Virus record (IMG/VR): IMGVR_UViG_3300042559_001081
Location: 1 to 64,000 of that record
Direction: 5' to 3' (one strand)
Source of the DNA: an uncultured virus (IMG/VR IMGVR_UViG_3300042559_001081)
Taxonomy: Duplodnaviria > Heunggongvirae > Uroviricota > Caudoviricetes
DNA length: 64,000 nucleotides
In this document: in pieces, positions 44,700 to 55,238 of the stretch
How the letters are laid out: each line of letters opens with the position of its first letter
Position numbering within the stretch: position 1 is the first letter of the stretch
The notes under the pieces: model-generated
Databases searched by the model: none
What the model saw: only the letters and a program-made list of their open reading frames with translations
What the model was told of the DNA's origin: nothing
Program-made: the position numbers and the translations under genes

Positions 44700-46174
44700 T
44701 ATAGCTTATTAAATTTTTCTAAATGTGCATTTACGATTTTTTCCATATGTGAATTTTTGCCATATACTTCGTTTATTAAATTCCATATTTCCGATATTCT
44801 CTTCTTTCTGACTTCCGGAGAATTGTCTTTATACTTCCAATTAAGAGAACTATTATAATATTCTAAATCGTCCTTTATAGTCTCATAAATTATAGAATCC
44901 TTATCTAATATCAATGTATTTCCGAATCCAAAATGAATTAGTGGAGTTTGCGAGTAATCGCCGACCTTTGTATCAAGATATCCTATCTCTTTTAATTTTC
45001 TAATAGTGTCTAATGTTATCTTGTGATCTTCATCTGTTTCAGTTGGATATCCAACTATCATTAGCAAACTGTGTTGTATTCTATTTTTTTGAAGTTGTTC
45101 AAGGCAAAACCACATATCTTCATCTTTGATCTTTTTACCCATATGAAATCTAACACTTTCACTAAAGCTTTCTAGTCCAACATCAAGTCCGTGACATCCG
45201 CTATCTTTCATTAACTGAAAATCCTCTGCTGTACACTGTGATTGAGGTCGCATAATCCATTGACTGCTCCAAGTAAAACCAGGGTCTGTTTTTCTATATT
45301 CTTTTAATAAATTTAGTAATTCTCTAAATGTTTTCATACTTCCGTTTATTAAGCTATCGGTAAAATGAAAATCTGTTCGGTTCCAGAGTTTACGAATTTC
45401 TACTATCTCAGTAAAAATACTTTTAGCAGATCTAAATTTATACTTCGGCCAAAGTCGATGTATATCGCAAAATGTACAATTTTTAACACACCCTCTACTT
45501 CCAGTTATGTAAACAGTTTTTCCGTTTTTAAACCTGTTAGGATATAAAGTCCATTCTATATCGCTATAGTCAGGTATTAGTACAGTTGACAAATCTTCAA
45601 CTTGGTGTGCTTCGTCTGAGTTAATTCCAGGAGCAGACACATTACCTTTTAATAATTCAACTAAAGAAAATTCTGCATCTCCGTGTATAAAAAAATCAAT
45701 CAAACCTCTATTGAGCGGATACTGAGCTCGATAACCACGAACGTCGGCGCCGCCCCAAATAATCTTTGTGTTAGGTAAGTATTTTTTTATTAACATAGAA
45801 AAGTAAATTGCAAAAGTTCTACTATACTCAGTTAGCAAACTCATGCCTACAAATCTTGGTTTTAATTTTTTTAAATCGTTAATAACACTATTTGTCCAAT
45901 TTTTATATTTTTTAAGAAAAATTTTATGTTCTTTTTCTAAAGAATAATCCCACTCGGTTACAAATATTTTATCATCATTTTTAAAGAAATACTTTTCTTT
46001 TTCCTCATCGGACATTATATTATACAATTGTATATTTAGGTCTATTATTTTGCATGAAAATCCTTCTGCAGAAAGATGACTTTTAAGAATTGCCGGACCT
46101 ACTGTAGGAGCATATGGATCTATTTTTGGTATTACTAATATTGCTATATCTACCATTTTATATATCTTTTCCAT
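44696..46174 (-). CDS. B12-binding radical SAM protein (class B methyltransferase-like)
   Basis: GPAILKS, IIWGG, GDAE, GSRGCVKNCTFC, DSLING, GLESFS, VGYPTET. Confidence 0.9.
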   Translation of the reverse strand: MEKIYKMVDIAILVIPKIDPYAPTVGPAILKSHLSAEGFSCKIIDLNIQLYNIMSDEEKEKYFFKNDDKIFVTEWDYSLEKEHKIFLKKYKNWTNSVINDLKKLKPRFVGMSLLTEYSRTFAIYFSMLIKKYLPNTKIIWGGADVRGYRAQYPLNRGLIDFFIHGDAEFSLVELLKGNVSAPGINSDEAHQVEDLSTVLIPDYSDIEWTLYPNRFKNGKTVYITGSRGCVKNCTFCDIHRLWPKYKFRSAKSIFTEIVEIRKLWNRTDFHFTDSLINGSMKTFRELLNLLKEYRKTDPGFTWSSQWIMRPQSQCTAEDFQLMKDSGCHGLDVGLESFSESVRFHMGKKIKDEDMWFCLEQLQKNRIQHSLLMIVGYPTETDEDHKITLDTIRKLKEIGYLDTKVGDYSQTPLIHFGFGNTLILDKDSIIYETIKDDLEYYNSSLNWKYKDNSPEVRKKRISEIWNLINEVYGKNSHMEKIVNAHLEKFNKLY

Positions 46175-46781
46175 TATTTAATAAGCTATGATACCACCCG
46201 TTTGGTCGGAGACACCCTCTTCTATTTGTATAGTCTATATTATGTAAATCTAAAAATTGTTTTATTTGTAAACATAATTCGTTGTATTTGTCTTGATTAT
46301 TTGCAAAAAATAAAAATCCCTTGTATAATAATACAGGATATAGTTCTTTGTTATTTATGCACACACTAATGTCAACAGTTCGTGTTAGTTCTGCACCGAA
46401 CCCACATATTGCCATACAAGTTTTTTTAAATTGTTTGTTTAAAAAATATGTTTTGTAATCTATGTTATAGGCATCAGTAAATAAAAAATCAAGAGAATTG
46501 CTATTAAGATTAGAAGTTCCATCTCCTATGTCTATAGTCAGATTCGGTATTTTTTGTTTCCACGACTCGTATAAAACTAATAATCTTTCTTTTTCTACTT
46601 GTTGCTGAGAATCTTGAAAGTTTTCATAAAAGCTTAACGTGTTAAGAAATTTTGCTTTATTTAAAAAACAACTGCATATATCTTGCCCATCGTATATTCC
46701 AATCATTGCTGAATTTTTAAACAATTCTGATTTGGATTCGATTAAATTTGCTATTAAATTATATTTTATTGTTGGTATCAT
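46158..46781 (-). CDS. Hypothetical protein, possibly class I methyltransferase-like; start uncertain
   Basis: MIGIYDG, IDIGDG, LDFLFTDA (weak). Confidence 0.45.
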   Translation of the reverse strand: MIPTIKYNLIANLIESKSELFKNSAMIGIYDGQDICSCFLNKAKFLNTLSFYENFQDSQQQVEKERLLVLYESWKQKIPNLTIDIGDGTSNLNSNSLDFLFTDAYNIDYKTYFLNKQFKKTCMAICGFGAELTRTVDISVCINNKELYPVLLYKGFLFFANNQDKYNELCLQIKQFLDLHNIDYTNRRGCLRPNGWYHSLLNNGKDI

Positions 46782-46792
46782 TTTAAAGTTTT

Positions 46793-47902
46793 TTATAAAT
46801 TTACTTTCATGTTTTGTTCTTGTTCTCGTTTTACAATGCCACATGTTTTAATGCACCTAGGTATTACATTATCATCACCCCAAGATTTTTCTAACTCTTC
46901 AGAAAAGAATTTATGCAATAATATTTCTGCCCATGATTTATCTTTCAAAGACAACTCTGTAAGAGGATATTTTAATTCGGCTTCTGAAAATTTTCTAAAA
47001 GATTCGTTGTCATCACTTATATAACAACACGGAAATACTTCTAGTCTGCTATTTACATATATCTTTTTTGCTTCTTGATATATGCAAGATATTTTCCATT
47101 TGGAGAGTTTTTCAACCGGATTGTAATTTCCTGTGGTAAATTCAGTTACTGATAGTTGGTTGTTTAGTGATTCCATAATTTCATCATGAGAATGTGTACT
47201 TTTAGATCTAACTATAGATTTCATAGTGTCATGACTAGGATGTCGCAAATCTTTTTGAATAGGAGGTTCGAGATAGTGTGTAATTTCTTTTTTAGAATTC
47301 ATAACAGGAAAAGGATCAAAGTTATCAAACCGCGGAGTTCGACGTATTCTAAAATCGTTAACACCAATTTCGGATGCTATATTTTTACATTTTTCAATCT
47401 CATGTTCGTTATGCTTAAATGCTAAAAAGTCCCATCGTACTTTTACAGAACCTTTGCAGCATATTTTCATATGAGAAAGTATTTTATTAATATGAGTATT
47501 TTGTCTGTACAAATGGTTAGTTTCTATACCATCAACCCCGAAAGTTATTCTATCATTTTTATCTAAAATTTCTACTAATTTTTCCCACCAGCTATCTGTT
47601 TTGAGACTTCCATTTGTAAATATTTCAATGTTTAGATTTCTGCTTTTAGCTTTATATATTGCTTCAAATAAATATCTCGAAGCAATAGGATCACCGTGTG
47701 TTCCGCAAAAATAAACACGTTTTAGATTTGGCAACTCTTCGGAAAATACTTTGTCTATGTCCTCTAACGACCACTCCGTTAATCCAAGTCCTGGTCGGTC
47801 TACGGATCCAAATATATTTCTATTACACATAGGACAGGATGCGTTACATTTGTTTGTAATCTCTACATGCATCTCTTCTATTGTGTCAGTTCTTAAAAAC
47901 AT
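46793..47902 (-). CDS. Radical SAM protein, family B (C-terminal twitch/SPASM-like)
   Basis: CNASCPMC, CGTHGDP; ISC...FPCC...CIKTC. Confidence 0.9.
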   Translation of the reverse strand: MFLRTDTIEEMHVEITNKCNASCPMCNRNIFGSVDRPGLGLTEWSLEDIDKVFSEELPNLKRVYFCGTHGDPIASRYLFEAIYKAKSRNLNIEIFTNGSLKTDSWWEKLVEILDKNDRITFGVDGIETNHLYRQNTHINKILSHMKICCKGSVKVRWDFLAFKHNEHEIEKCKNIASEIGVNDFRIRRTPRFDNFDPFPVMNSKKEITHYLEPPIQKDLRHPSHDTMKSIVRSKSTHSHDEIMESLNNQLSVTEFTTGNYNPVEKLSKWKISCIYQEAKKIYVNSRLEVFPCCYISDDNESFRKFSEAELKYPLTELSLKDKSWAEILLHKFFSEELEKSWGDDNVIPRCIKTCGIVKREQEQNMKVNL

Positions 47903-47915
47903 GTTTTTTAAATCC

Positions 47916-47938
47916 TATAAATATATGCATGTATTTAA
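47916..47938. promoter_or_regulatory. Opposed late-type promoters between divergent genes
   Basis: TATAAATA on + at 47916-47923; TTAAATA on - at 47932-47938. Confidence 0.55.
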
Positions 47939-47965
47939 CTTTAACAGAGAGATAAAGATTTATAT

Positions 47966-49480
47966 ATGACTGATATAGTCTTTCTTACTTTACCAAGATT
48001 AGAACTTAGAGCACCGATAACTGCTCCTGCATTGTTAAAATCGATGGTTGAAAAGCATGGATATACTGCATTTTGCTATGATTTAAATCTAGATTTGTGG
48101 CACAGTATAGATGCATCTACCTACGGACATGTTTGGTTTGACACTGATCTAACATTTAGATACGAAGACAAGTTTAAAGATTTTTGGAATTCGCATATCT
48201 TGCCGTGTGTACCAAGATGGATTGAAACTATTAAATCTAAAAATACATCGTGGGTTGGGATTACTATTTTTAGTCAAAGAAGTAAGTGGATTAGTATTGC
48301 AATATGCGAATTATTACGTAAAGAATTGCCTGAAGTAAAGATTGTAGCAGGTGGTCCTTTTTGCGAATTTACCGGGCCGCTGCTATATGAAAAAAATCTA
48401 GTTGATGCTTATGTAGTTGGCGAAGGCGAACTTGCTATTTTAGATATCCTTAGAGGAAATTTTTCAAATCCTGGAATAAATGGCAATGATCCTGTACAAA
48501 TTGAAGATTTAGATACTATTCCTATTCCGGATTATAGTGATTTTCCAATGGAATTATATCCAAAAACTTGGTATGATCCAAGAATAAAAGATCACGACAA
48601 ATTAGGAACAGAATTTGTATACATCACTGGCAGTAGAGGATGTGTAAGAAAGTGTACATTTTGTGATATACAAAGTGTTTGGCCAAAGTTTAGATTTAGA
48701 AGTGGTATTAGTATAGCAACAGAAATGTTAGAACAAAATCAAAAATACGGAAGTAAAAGATTCTTGTTTACTGACAGCTTGCTAAATGGAAGTGTTAAAC
48801 AGTTAAAGGATATATGCACAACTCTTATAAAAAATAAAAAATCAGGGCGTATGACTCATGTAAATTGGCAGGGACAGTTTATTGCACGTCCAGAACATCA
48901 AATGTCAGAAGAAGTTTATTCATTAATGTACGAAGCGGGCCTTAGATTTGTAAGCATCGGAGTCGAAAGTGGTAGCGAAAAAGTTCGAAACGATATGAAA
49001 AAAATGTTCGACGATTCTGCTATGGACTTTACATTTAACATGTGTGCAAAGTATAAAATAGAAATGGCCTGGTTATTGCTTGTGGGGTATCCGACTGAAA
49101 CAGAGGAAGAGTTTCAAAAAACACTTACTATGCTAGAAAAGTACCAATGGATTAACCAACAAGGGCTAATACGTAGCATTGCGTTAGGTCCAACGTTAGA
49201 TATAGTTCCAGGATCGCCACTTTACAAAAATCAAGAAAAATTAGGAATTACTTGGGACTCAAACAATCATTGGGTATATAAAGATAATACTCGAGAGATT
49301 AGAATTAAGAGATGGCTTAGATTAAAAGAAAAATGCATAGAGCTCGGATATCCAGTCGTAGAAAAAGCAACAGATCATCTTTTAGCCGAATTAGAAAAGA
49401 TAACTGCACAAAAAAGTCAAGTAAACCATATTTACGATCATTATAATGAATTATCTGGAGCAATGGGGCCTAGCGTATAA
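47966..49480 (+). CDS. B12-binding radical SAM protein (class B methyltransferase-like)
   Basis: APALLKS, IVAGGP, VGEGE, GSRGCVRKCTFC, DSLLNG, GVESGS, VGYPTET. Confidence 0.92.
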   Translation: MTDIVFLTLPRLELRAPITAPALLKSMVEKHGYTAFCYDLNLDLWHSIDASTYGHVWFDTDLTFRYEDKFKDFWNSHILPCVPRWIETIKSKNTSWVGITIFSQRSKWISIAICELLRKELPEVKIVAGGPFCEFTGPLLYEKNLVDAYVVGEGELAILDILRGNFSNPGINGNDPVQIEDLDTIPIPDYSDFPMELYPKTWYDPRIKDHDKLGTEFVYITGSRGCVRKCTFCDIQSVWPKFRFRSGISIATEMLEQNQKYGSKRFLFTDSLLNGSVKQLKDICTTLIKNKKSGRMTHVNWQGQFIARPEHQMSEEVYSLMYEAGLRFVSIGVESGSEKVRNDMKKMFDDSAMDFTFNMCAKYKIEMAWLLLVGYPTETEEEFQKTLTMLEKYQWINQQGLIRSIALGPTLDIVPGSPLYKNQEKLGITWDSNNHWVYKDNTREIRIKRWLRLKEKCIELGYPVVEKATDHLLAELEKITAQKSQVNHIYDHYNELSGAMGPSV

Positions 49481-49488
49481 GGAAAAAC

Positions 49489-50199
49489 ATGGAAGATTAT
49501 ATTGTACTTAAAAATGTGTTAACTCCCGAAGATATAAAAAATCTAAATGACATAAAAAGTCTGCTAAAGGACGATCCAGAATCTCATAGACCAAGAGCAT
49601 CAAACGGAAAAAGACACAATAATGTATATAACATAACTGACAAAACAGTATACACATTGGATCAGATTACCAAATGGCTCGATAACTATATGCCTTGGGA
49701 TAAAGAAATTTATGAATACTGGGGAGTAAATTTTTACGACTTGCAAAATCCGTATGCATTACACAGTGACGGAAACGATACTAGACGGGCGTTTTATCAA
49801 GGAATTATTCCACTTTCAGTAGAACCGAGCGACAAAGATGCATATACTATAATTTTTGATCAAACAGCAGATACCAACACTGAATGGATTTCGTCTGTGT
49901 ATAATAAACCGGATGATTACGAACCGTTTTATAATAAGGGTATTCGAGATCCTAGTTACTTCGGAGGCTGGTCAGACGAATATAAAATAGACGACGAAGT
50001 AGGATACAAACACTGGGGTAAAAAATGGAATACCACATTTAAAGAGGCCTACAAAGGTTTTAGCATAAAATATGAATATAAGTGGGAAGTTGGAGACATT
50101 TTCTTTTTTGATAGTAAGTTTACTCACTGTGCAACTGAATTAGCAGAAAAAGAAATAAATCAAAAAACAGGCTTGCTTTTTTGTTTAAATAGGAAATAA
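49489..50199 (+). CDS. Fe(II)/2OG dioxygenase-like protein
   Basis: ALHSD...WEVGDIFFFDSKFTHC. Confidence 0.55.
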   Translation: MEDYIVLKNVLTPEDIKNLNDIKSLLKDDPESHRPRASNGKRHNNVYNITDKTVYTLDQITKWLDNYMPWDKEIYEYWGVNFYDLQNPYALHSDGNDTRRAFYQGIIPLSVEPSDKDAYTIIFDQTADTNTEWISSVYNKPDDYEPFYNKGIRDPSYFGGWSDEYKIDDEVGYKHWGKKWNTTFKEAYKGFSIKYEYKWEVGDIFFFDSKFTHCATELAEKEINQKTGLLFCLNRK

Positions 50200-50200
50200 A

Positions 50201-51007
50201 ATGCGTGTAGAAGAACTTAACAGATACTTTTCAACTGCTGTACCGTTTGCAAGTGTTGAAGATGTCGAAATAAAACAATATTATTATACAGACTTAGATA
50301 AAATAGAAATTGCTGTTCCAAGAAACGGTGCACCAATGGGAATGTTTTTGTCAGGCGGCCCTGATAGTGCCCTTACAGCCTACTTGTTAGTAAAAACAAT
50401 TAAAGAATTTGGATTTAACAACCCTGTTTATCCTATAACTACTGAATTTCTTGCAAGGCCTTACAATATAAAATACGCTTGGGGAGTGTTAAGAAAAATA
50501 GAAGAACTATTAGATTTTAAATTTGAACAGCATCTTATTTTTCCTATGCCTAACCATGCACTACCAATTAGTGACGAAGATAAAAAAGTAATCATGTCAT
50601 TTAATATACAAGAATACCATGATAGATACAATCTAAGTTGTATTGTAAATGGACTAACTGCAAATCCACCTATATCTGAAGTCGGAGATACAAAATACGG
50701 CGATAGTTCTAAAGAGCGTGACGAAGCAGAAGTTATTTTAAAAAAATTAAAAAGCAAGCGTGTGCAATATCCATTCTTATTTTCTAATAAAAGAGTAGTT
50801 TCATATTTTTATAATCATTTTGACTTGCTCGAAACCCTTTTCCCTATCACTCGTTCGTGTGAAGCTGAGATGCACGAAACCGAATATTTTACAAAAGATT
50901 GCTTTCAAGTAAGACGAGAAGAAAGATATTGCTGGTGGTGCAGAGAAAGACAATGGGGATTTGAAAAATACAGACCTGACGATTTTGTAAATAGGTTTAA
51001 AGGATAA
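50201..51007 (+). CDS. QueC-like PP-loop ATPase, paralog 1
   Basis: SGGPDS, TANPP, TRSCE, CWWCRERQWG. Confidence 0.75.
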   Translation: MRVEELNRYFSTAVPFASVEDVEIKQYYYTDLDKIEIAVPRNGAPMGMFLSGGPDSALTAYLLVKTIKEFGFNNPVYPITTEFLARPYNIKYAWGVLRKIEELLDFKFEQHLIFPMPNHALPISDEDKKVIMSFNIQEYHDRYNLSCIVNGLTANPPISEVGDTKYGDSSKERDEAEVILKKLKSKRVQYPFLFSNKRVVSYFYNHFDLLETLFPITRSCEAEMHETEYFTKDCFQVRREERYCWWCRERQWGFEKYRPDDFVNRFKG

Positions 51008-51015
51008 GATTAATC

Positions 51016-51771
51016 ATGAAACCAAAACACCCAAATGTCGAATTTGAGGAAATGTGGGAAGTATCTGATGGCAGTGCAACTATAATTCCTATGAATAGTA
51101 AATGGAAAGCAATAGGCGTTCAAGTATCAGGAGGTTTAGACAGTGCTGTTCTCCTGTACTTAACTGTCAAAACAATACAAAAACATAATCTAGATGTAAA
51201 AGTTGTTCCTATTAGTTTAGAAATTTACAATAAAGCAAAGAATTTAGAGAGTTCTAGAGCAGTAATACAAAAAGTTAAAGACATTACAGGATTTAAAAAC
51301 TGGGGAGAATCGGTAGAAGCTATTGGAAAACCTTCTCAAGCAGAATTTATCGGAAAAAACAGTTTTTTTAGTTCTGTTATTAATACACTATTTTTAAAAA
51401 AAGCAATAGATTTTGAAATTAACGGAGTGACTAAAAACCCTCCTTTAGAAGTGTGTAAAGATTTTAAATTTAACGAATACAGAGAATTTGCAAGAGACAA
51501 TCCGCGAACTATATACAACGGAATGCGAAATGCTAGTCCACACGCTTTTGTAGATAAAAAAGGAATAGTAGAACATTATATCAATCATAATCTAGTTGAT
51601 GAAATAATTCCGCTAACGCTCTCTTGTGATGAAAAATTAGATATAATAATAAAAAATGATTGGCCAATTCCTTGTGGCACCTGTTGGTGGTGCAGAGAAA
51701 GAAGATGGGGCCTCGAATCTCACAATCTTGATTATCAAAAATATAGTCCGTTAAATGCATATACCAAGTAA
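51016..51771 (+). CDS. QueC-like PP-loop ATPase, paralog 2
   Basis: SGGLDS, TKNPP, TLSCD, CGTCWWCRERRWG. Confidence 0.78.
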   Translation: MKPKHPNVEFEEMWEVSDGSATIIPMNSKWKAIGVQVSGGLDSAVLLYLTVKTIQKHNLDVKVVPISLEIYNKAKNLESSRAVIQKVKDITGFKNWGESVEAIGKPSQAEFIGKNSFFSSVINTLFLKKAIDFEINGVTKNPPLEVCKDFKFNEYREFARDNPRTIYNGMRNASPHAFVDKKGIVEHYINHNLVDEIIPLTLSCDEKLDIIIKNDWPIPCGTCWWCRERRWGLESHNLDYQKYSPLNAYTK

Positions 51772-52939
51772 AACTTTTTGCAGCATGGCTTGGAACCATC
51801 AGTTTATCGATCCTACAGGACGAGTTAAGCCGTGTTGCAGATTTGCAGAAAAATTTAGACCAGTAGAAAACAATCTTAACAATAAAACATTGAGTGAAGT
51901 GTTTTATGGCGAGTGGATGACTGATATTCGACAAAAAATGCTAGCCGGAGACACTGTGCCGGGCTGCATTAGATGCTATCAAGAAGAAGCAGCCGGTAAA
52001 AAAAGTCTGCGAGAACGTTACCACGAAAACAAAGATCTTCCTATAGACGAGCTAGTTAATCTAACAAATCCAACTATTCGTTGGATAGAGCTTGCTATTA
52101 GCAACGATTGTAATCTTGCATGTAGGATGTGCGACAGTCGTTATGCGTGGAAATGGTTTAAAGAAGAAAAAGAGATGTACGGGTCCACTCTTAACACTGT
52201 TGAACACAGCAAAAGTGACATATCAAACATCTTTCCATTTATAAACGATCTAGTACATATAAAATTTACAGGCGGAGAACCATTATTAACAAAAGATCAA
52301 TGGCTATTAGTTGATAAAATGCTTGAGGAAAGAGACTGTAGTGACATTTTATTAAATTATTCAACTAATTGTACAATAATGCCAAAAGACAGTTGGGTTG
52401 AAAAATGGAAAAAATTTAAACAAGTTGAATTTGCATTAAGTTTTGATAGTGCAAATCCTGCAGAATCTGAATATATACGTTGGCCTGCAAAATTTGAAAC
52501 AACCGAAGCAGTTACAAAAAGATTTTTAGAACTTAAAAAAGAACATGGATTTCATGTATTTTTAAGAAGTACTATAAGTTTATTGAATGTTTGGTACATG
52601 CCAGAAAGTATGCAATGGTGGCACGACAACGATCCTTCGTCAGTTAAAATAATGAATCCTACACACTTGACATATCCCGAAAACTTATCTGTTACAGTAT
52701 TACCACAGCATATTAAAGAAAGAATCACTTTAAAATTTGTTGATTATCAAAAAAATTGTAATATTAAAAAGATAAATGAAAGTTTAGAATACATCAAAAA
52801 TTACATGAATAGCAAGGATGACAGTCATTTACTTCCGAGTTTAAAATCATATATAACTCAGACCGATGCTTATAGAAATCAAGATTTTTTTAAAAACTAT
52901 CCTCAATTTTCAGATATATTTGAACAATTGTGTGTTTGA
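51755..52939 (+). CDS. Radical SAM protein, family A
   Basis: FCSMAW..PCC..CIRC; CNLACRMC, TGGEP. Confidence 0.92.
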   Translation: MHIPSKTFCSMAWNHQFIDPTGRVKPCCRFAEKFRPVENNLNNKTLSEVFYGEWMTDIRQKMLAGDTVPGCIRCYQEEAAGKKSLRERYHENKDLPIDELVNLTNPTIRWIELAISNDCNLACRMCDSRYAWKWFKEEKEMYGSTLNTVEHSKSDISNIFPFINDLVHIKFTGGEPLLTKDQWLLVDKMLEERDCSDILLNYSTNCTIMPKDSWVEKWKKFKQVEFALSFDSANPAESEYIRWPAKFETTEAVTKRFLELKKEHGFHVFLRSTISLLNVWYMPESMQWWHDNDPSSVKIMNPTHLTYPENLSVTVLPQHIKERITLKFVDYQKNCNIKKINESLEYIKNYMNSKDDSHLLPSLKSYITQTDAYRNQDFFKNYPQFSDIFEQLCV

Positions 52940-54012
52940 TATTGTTTATACATATAAGAATCTTTTTTGCAATTTATTATGCAACTAGTACAAACATTAT
53001 CAGATTTCCATGTTTCTTTGATCTTTTTAAAAATTTTAACTTGATCTAATATCCTATCTATCGGATTTAATATTACATTGTTAAAAAAATAATCCTTTCT
53101 TATAGAATCTTTAAAAATTTCAACTATACTATCATATAGTATATTTTGTTTATAGTCTTGTTCGAATCCTATTGCAGTATGACAACACGGCCAAAGTCTC
53201 TGATCGTACGATAAAAACACACTGTTTTCATTTAAAGCATTACAAGATATTTTTCCTTTTCTCACTATCTTAGGACTTTCTAAACTATTTGCATACCCAA
53301 CATCGGCACCATAATATTTGTGCCATTTTTTATCAAAGTGTTTAGTATCTCGTACAATGTCGTTATTTTTAATATTATATGGTTCTAAAAAGTATGAATG
53401 TTCTAAATTTTTATCTACTACTGATAATTTTTTTTCTTTAAATCTTGTTGATTCTCTTGTAGCAAATTCGGTAAACTTGAGGTCAAATGCTAGTTTTTTG
53501 CATTCATCTATTTGATGTGCATTGTGTTTAAAAAGAGTCATCTCCCATCTAGCTATACCACCAGATTCAATGTATGCTTTTGCATTTTGTATAACTCGCG
53601 AAAAAGAAGTATTTCTTCTATACAAATGATGGGTATCTTCTAATCCATCAATACCAAATCTTACTTCAACATTTGGCTGTTCGCCTAACCATTTCCAAAA
53701 TTCTAATGATTGTGCTCCGCCGTTTGTATGTATATTGATTTTAAAATTTAATTCAACAAATACTTCTATTATCGATTTTGGATTAGTGTGCATTACAATA
53801 TCTCCAAAATTTCCATTTATTAGTACCGTTTCGATGTCTTTAAAGAAAGGATGAGCTAATGTATTTTTTAAGTCAACTGCATTCCACTCTGAAATATTTA
53901 AGCGTGGATAAGTTTCTAGACTAGTTTCAAACGTCCTAGGACATTGCGGACATCTTGCATTACACGCACTAGTCGGTTCAAAATGAAGCATAGTTATAGG
54001 TGATGAATACAT
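52903..54012 (-). CDS. Radical SAM protein, family B
   Basis: CNARCPQC, NGNFGD; ISC...WPCC...CIINC. Confidence 0.9.
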   Translation of the reverse strand: MYSSPITMLHFEPTSACNARCPQCPRTFETSLETYPRLNISEWNAVDLKNTLAHPFFKDIETVLINGNFGDIVMHTNPKSIIEVFVELNFKINIHTNGGAQSLEFWKWLGEQPNVEVRFGIDGLEDTHHLYRRNTSFSRVIQNAKAYIESGGIARWEMTLFKHNAHQIDECKKLAFDLKFTEFATRESTRFKEKKLSVVDKNLEHSYFLEPYNIKNNDIVRDTKHFDKKWHKYYGADVGYANSLESPKIVRKGKISCNALNENSVFLSYDQRLWPCCHTAIGFEQDYKQNILYDSIVEIFKDSIRKDYFFNNVILNPIDRILDQVKIFKKIKETWKSDNVCTSCIINCKKDSYMYKQYQTHNCSNISEN

Positions 54013-54014
54013 GT

Positions 54015-55238
54015 TTACTCCTCGTAATATTCGTAGTATTTTAATTTTTCGTTAATATAGTCTTGTAATAATGGGTTTACATCTTTTAGTGACAGTTTTC
54101 TTACTTTGCTAAAATACTCAATTGCTTCACTAAATTGTTTAATTCTACGTAATGTTATATCTGAGCCGATTGTATTATATACTACTTGCAAATTTTCAAT
54201 AATTTCTTCGTAGTTATCAAATCGATTTCTAAATTTATTTACAATTTTTATAGATCTTTTAACATACTTTTTAAATCTGTCGTCAAGAAATCCTACTGTT
54301 ATACCCGGAGTGTAAACAATATTGGCTTTTACATCAATTTTAATTTTGTATTTCATAGTAATATAAATTAAAAAATTAAAATAGTCAGGCAACATTGTTA
54401 TAGATATTGGATTTATTGCCATGTTTGTACTCATTAAATATCCTGTATTTGCCCACTTTTTAAAATTTTCAACAAATCTATCGTAAGAGCATCCATATCT
54501 AATATATTCAAAATTTTGTCCAACACTTTCAGCACTGATAGATATTAAGTAATTTAAATTTGGATATTTTTGTTTGTAAAAACTCATTTTTTCTAAACAC
54601 TTATCCATTATCTTAGGAGGAGTATTTGCATTTGTTTGTATAGTTAATAAGAGATATGTATTCGGATCTGTATTTTTATAAAAACTCTCAATGGTCAAAT
54701 CCAACAGTTCTTTTTTGTTTATACTCATTAGTAAAGGCTCTCCTCCTAAGAGTATTATTTCGTAATAGTCATCTTCTTTTTTATTTTTAGCAACTTCGGA
54801 AATATAATTAAAAACATAGTCAGCATATTTTTTAGGAGTATGTTTATTTTTTATTTCTCTGTCAGCCCACGTTGGCGGCTCAACACTTGTATTTAATATT
54901 TCTTGTTCCCATTTACTACTGTAAATTCTACTACAATAGACACAAGCAGAATCACAGGTATTGTCAAAGTAAAGTTCAATTTGATATTTGTTCGGTCGTT
55001 TTTCGTAATGTTCGTTGCCGTGCATTCTCCACGATTTATTTTTAGAAAACTCAGCTTTCCAACAAGTATTACAAGAATTATTTTTTATACCATTTTGCAA
55101 ATCTGTTTTTATTTTTTCAAGGTCGTCTGTAAACATTTCTGCACCAGGATGCATTTTACAACAAAGACATACTGTATTTTCTAACGGTCTGAATACTATT
55201 TCATGAGAACTTCTTTTACATCCAAGATTATCTTGCAT
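54015..55238 (-). CDS. Radical SAM protein, family A (divergent)
   Basis: GC..LCC..CNTC; CDSACVYC, LGGEP. Confidence 0.88.
   Translation of the reverse strand: MQDNLGCKRSSHEIVFRPLENTVCLCCKMHPGAEMFTDDLEKIKTDLQNGIKNNSCNTCWKAEFSKNKSWRMHGNEHYEKRPNKYQIELYFDNTCDSACVYCSRIYSSKWEQEILNTSVEPPTWADREIKNKHTPKKYADYVFNYISEVAKNKKEDDYYEIILLGGEPLLMSINKKELLDLTIESFYKNTDPNTYLLLTIQTNANTPPKIMDKCLEKMSFYKQKYPNLNYLISISAESVGQNFEYIRYGCSYDRFVENFKKWANTGYLMSTNMAINPISITMLPDYFNFLIYITMKYKIKIDVKANIVYTPGITVGFLDDRFKKYVKRSIKIVNKFRNRFDNYEEIIENLQVVYNTIGSDITLRRIKQFSEAIEYFSKVRKLSLKDVNPLLQDYINEKLKYYEYYEE

Noticed and set aside
44695..44713. TTTAATA/TATTAAA inverted repeat at a convergent gene junction
   Set aside because: Only 7 bp, all A/T, expected by chance in this composition
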